64,000 nucleotides of DNA from Thermoplasmata archaeon (GTDB lineage Archaea > Thermoplasmatota > Thermoplasmata > Lutacidiplasmatales > UBA184): the NCBI GenBank assembly GCA_022750415.1, contig JAKIVT010000001.1, forward strand, positions 38,298 through 102,297, given 5' to 3'. The notes beneath the pieces are model-generated. The model was not told the DNA's origin and ran no database searches. It saw only the letters and a program-made list of their open reading frames with translations. Positions 63,215-64,000 of the stretch are shown in pieces. The position numbers and the translations under genes were made by a program. Positions within the stretch are counted from its first letter, which is position 1; every line of letters starts with the position of its first letter.

Positions 63215-63519
63215 CCGCCGAACCCTCGACCGCCCCGAAGAAGCCGTCGATCGTCCTCACCTCCGGCTCCCGCGTCCGGGTGCGCTCGGCCGGAACGCGC
63301 GACGAAGCCCTCGTCTCGACCGGGCTCTTCCGGGGTCTCGTTTCCGTCGGTGGGGACAACTCGCTCGCCGTGGAGCTCGACGATTCCGTGAAGGAGGAGA
63401 AGGGACGGATCCGCCTGATCCCGCTCAACGCCATGCTCGCCCTGGATGTCCTCGAGGCCGCGAAGCCGGAAGAGGAGAAGCGGGCGGCCGACTCGGGCGC
63501 GTCGGCCTACTTCCGCTGA
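63211..63519 (+). CDS. hypothetical 102-aa protein coupled to the wHTH gene
   Basis: GTG 63211 forms a GTGA overlap with the wHTH stop, with GGGAGGGG 5 nt upstream. The product is beta-rich (VRVRSAGTRDEALVSTGLFRGLVSVGGDNSLAVELDD). Confidence 0.65.
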   Translation: MTAEPSTAPKKPSIVLTSGSRVRVRSAGTRDEALVSTGLFRGLVSVGGDNSLAVELDDSVKEEKGRIRLIPLNAMLALDVLEAAKPEEEKRAADSGASAYFR

Positions 63520-63550
63520 GCCGACCCGCGGTCGGGCGGGGCGCCGGAGA

Positions 63551-63663
63551 CGGGCTTGGTGGGAGTTCCGGGCCGGCGGTCGAACAGGGTCTCCGCCGGC
63601 GGTTCGAACCCACGTCGTTGGCTTCGAAGGCCAACAGGATAATCCAGACTACCCCACAAGCCC
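63551..63663 (-). tRNA. tRNA-Arg (anticodon UCG) interrupted by a 38-nt insert in the T-loop (putative non-canonical intron)
   Basis: Hand fold of the minus strand gives an acceptor stem GGGCTTG/CAAGCCC (7/7 bp), a D arm GGGT..TCCT with a GG loop, and an anticodon arm TTGGC-CTTCGAA-GCCAA. The T stem GTGGG/CCCAC closes only if CCGCCGGCGGAGACCCTGTTCGACCGCCGGCCCGGAAC is removed after TTCGAA, leaving a 75-nt mature tRNA. No encoded CCA. Confidence 0.8.
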
Positions 63664-63687
63664 GCCGAGGGACGGAGGCGGCGCGTT

Positions 63688-64000
63688 CTATATGGGTCTT
63701 GTCGCGGGCCGGCCGTCGGGGACGGACGGCGGCGCGGCCGCCTCGAACCGGTCGAGGGTCGCCTGCTGAGGGGTCCCCGGAAACAACGTGGCGAGCGAGG
63801 ATTCGAGCAGCTGCACGCGCTGGCGAACGTAGGGGGTGACCCCCGGCGTCGCGGCGAGCCGCTGGGAGAGTCCGAGGTACTTCCGCACCGCCCCCTCGAA
63901 CACCGTCGGCGTGAGGGCCCCCCCGCACGGCGCGCCCCGGGCCGACGGGGTGGAACACTTCCCCGCGAGCGGGGGCCGACGGTAGGAGGTGTTGCACACC
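63688..64000 (-). CDS. partial CDS (C-terminal ~100 aa; 5' end beyond the right window edge), unknown function
   Basis: The frame is open to the window edge; the track start at 63999 is just the first GTG. The tail reads ...TVFEGAVRKYLGLSQRLAATPGVTPYVRQRVQLLESSLATLFPG... Confidence 0.4.
   Translation of the reverse strand, partial: VCNTSYRRPPLAGKCSTPSARGAPCGGALTPTVFEGAVRKYLGLSQRLAATPGVTPYVRQRVQLLESSLATLFPGTPQQATLDRFEAAAPPSVPDGRPATRPI

Noticed and set aside
63446-63839. Plus-strand ORFs 63446..63769 and 63618..63839.
   Set aside because: They run across the tRNA-Arg gene and its flanks, and their products are R/G/A-rich with no motifs.
1-64000. CRISPR arrays, transposases/integrases, prophage or defence-island hallmarks, and rRNA genes.
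   Set aside because: I saw no regularly spaced direct repeats, no recombinase/transposase/Cas-like motifs, and no rRNA-like segments while reading the window. The only repeats I noticed are the two paralogous zinc-ribbon blocks and short palindromes around 39146-39386. A by-eye scan cannot exclude diverged or short repeats.

Overview
Very GC-rich archaeal chromosomal segment; I did not compute the exact GC value. The archaeal call rests on an A-type ATP synthase, the LSm + ribosomal protein L37e gene pair, PurP, RNase Z, family-B and family-X DNA polymerases and a class II (B12) ribonucleotide reductase. A Thermoplasmatota-like origin is only my inference from gene content.

I support about 65 protein-coding genes, one intron-containing tRNA, two AT-rich TATA-box promoters and one strong hairpin. 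I saw no rRNA, CRISPR array, transposase or integrase.

Most long entries in the six-frame ORF track are off-frame or antisense shadows: Arg/Pro/Gly-rich products that overlap genes with clear family motifs. Many true starts are internal ATG/GTG codons, which I located by hand. Two features absent from the track were also found by hand: the partial folP at the left edge and the 54-aa L37e gene.

Observations most worth a second look:
1. A translationally linked trio at 7308-10814: a RecA/RadB-fold protein lacking Walker A/B residues, an 88-aa helical protein, and a family-B DNA polymerase with degenerate Exo I, motif B and motif C. It heads an 8.8-kb overlapping gene string.
2. Two tandem paralogous zinc-ribbon mini-genes, one with degraded Cys ligands, plus about 550 nt of unassigned palindrome-rich sequence and a long leader upstream of nrdJ.
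3. A tRNA-Arg(UCG) whose T-loop is interrupted by a 38-nt insert, read as a non-canonical intron.
4. An A-type ATP synthase locus split into two convergent units, atpFABDHI -> <- atpCEK.
5. A membrane-anchored DUF929 (CPYC) protein coupled to a VKOR homologue.

All family assignments come from motif recognition by eye. No database search was run.
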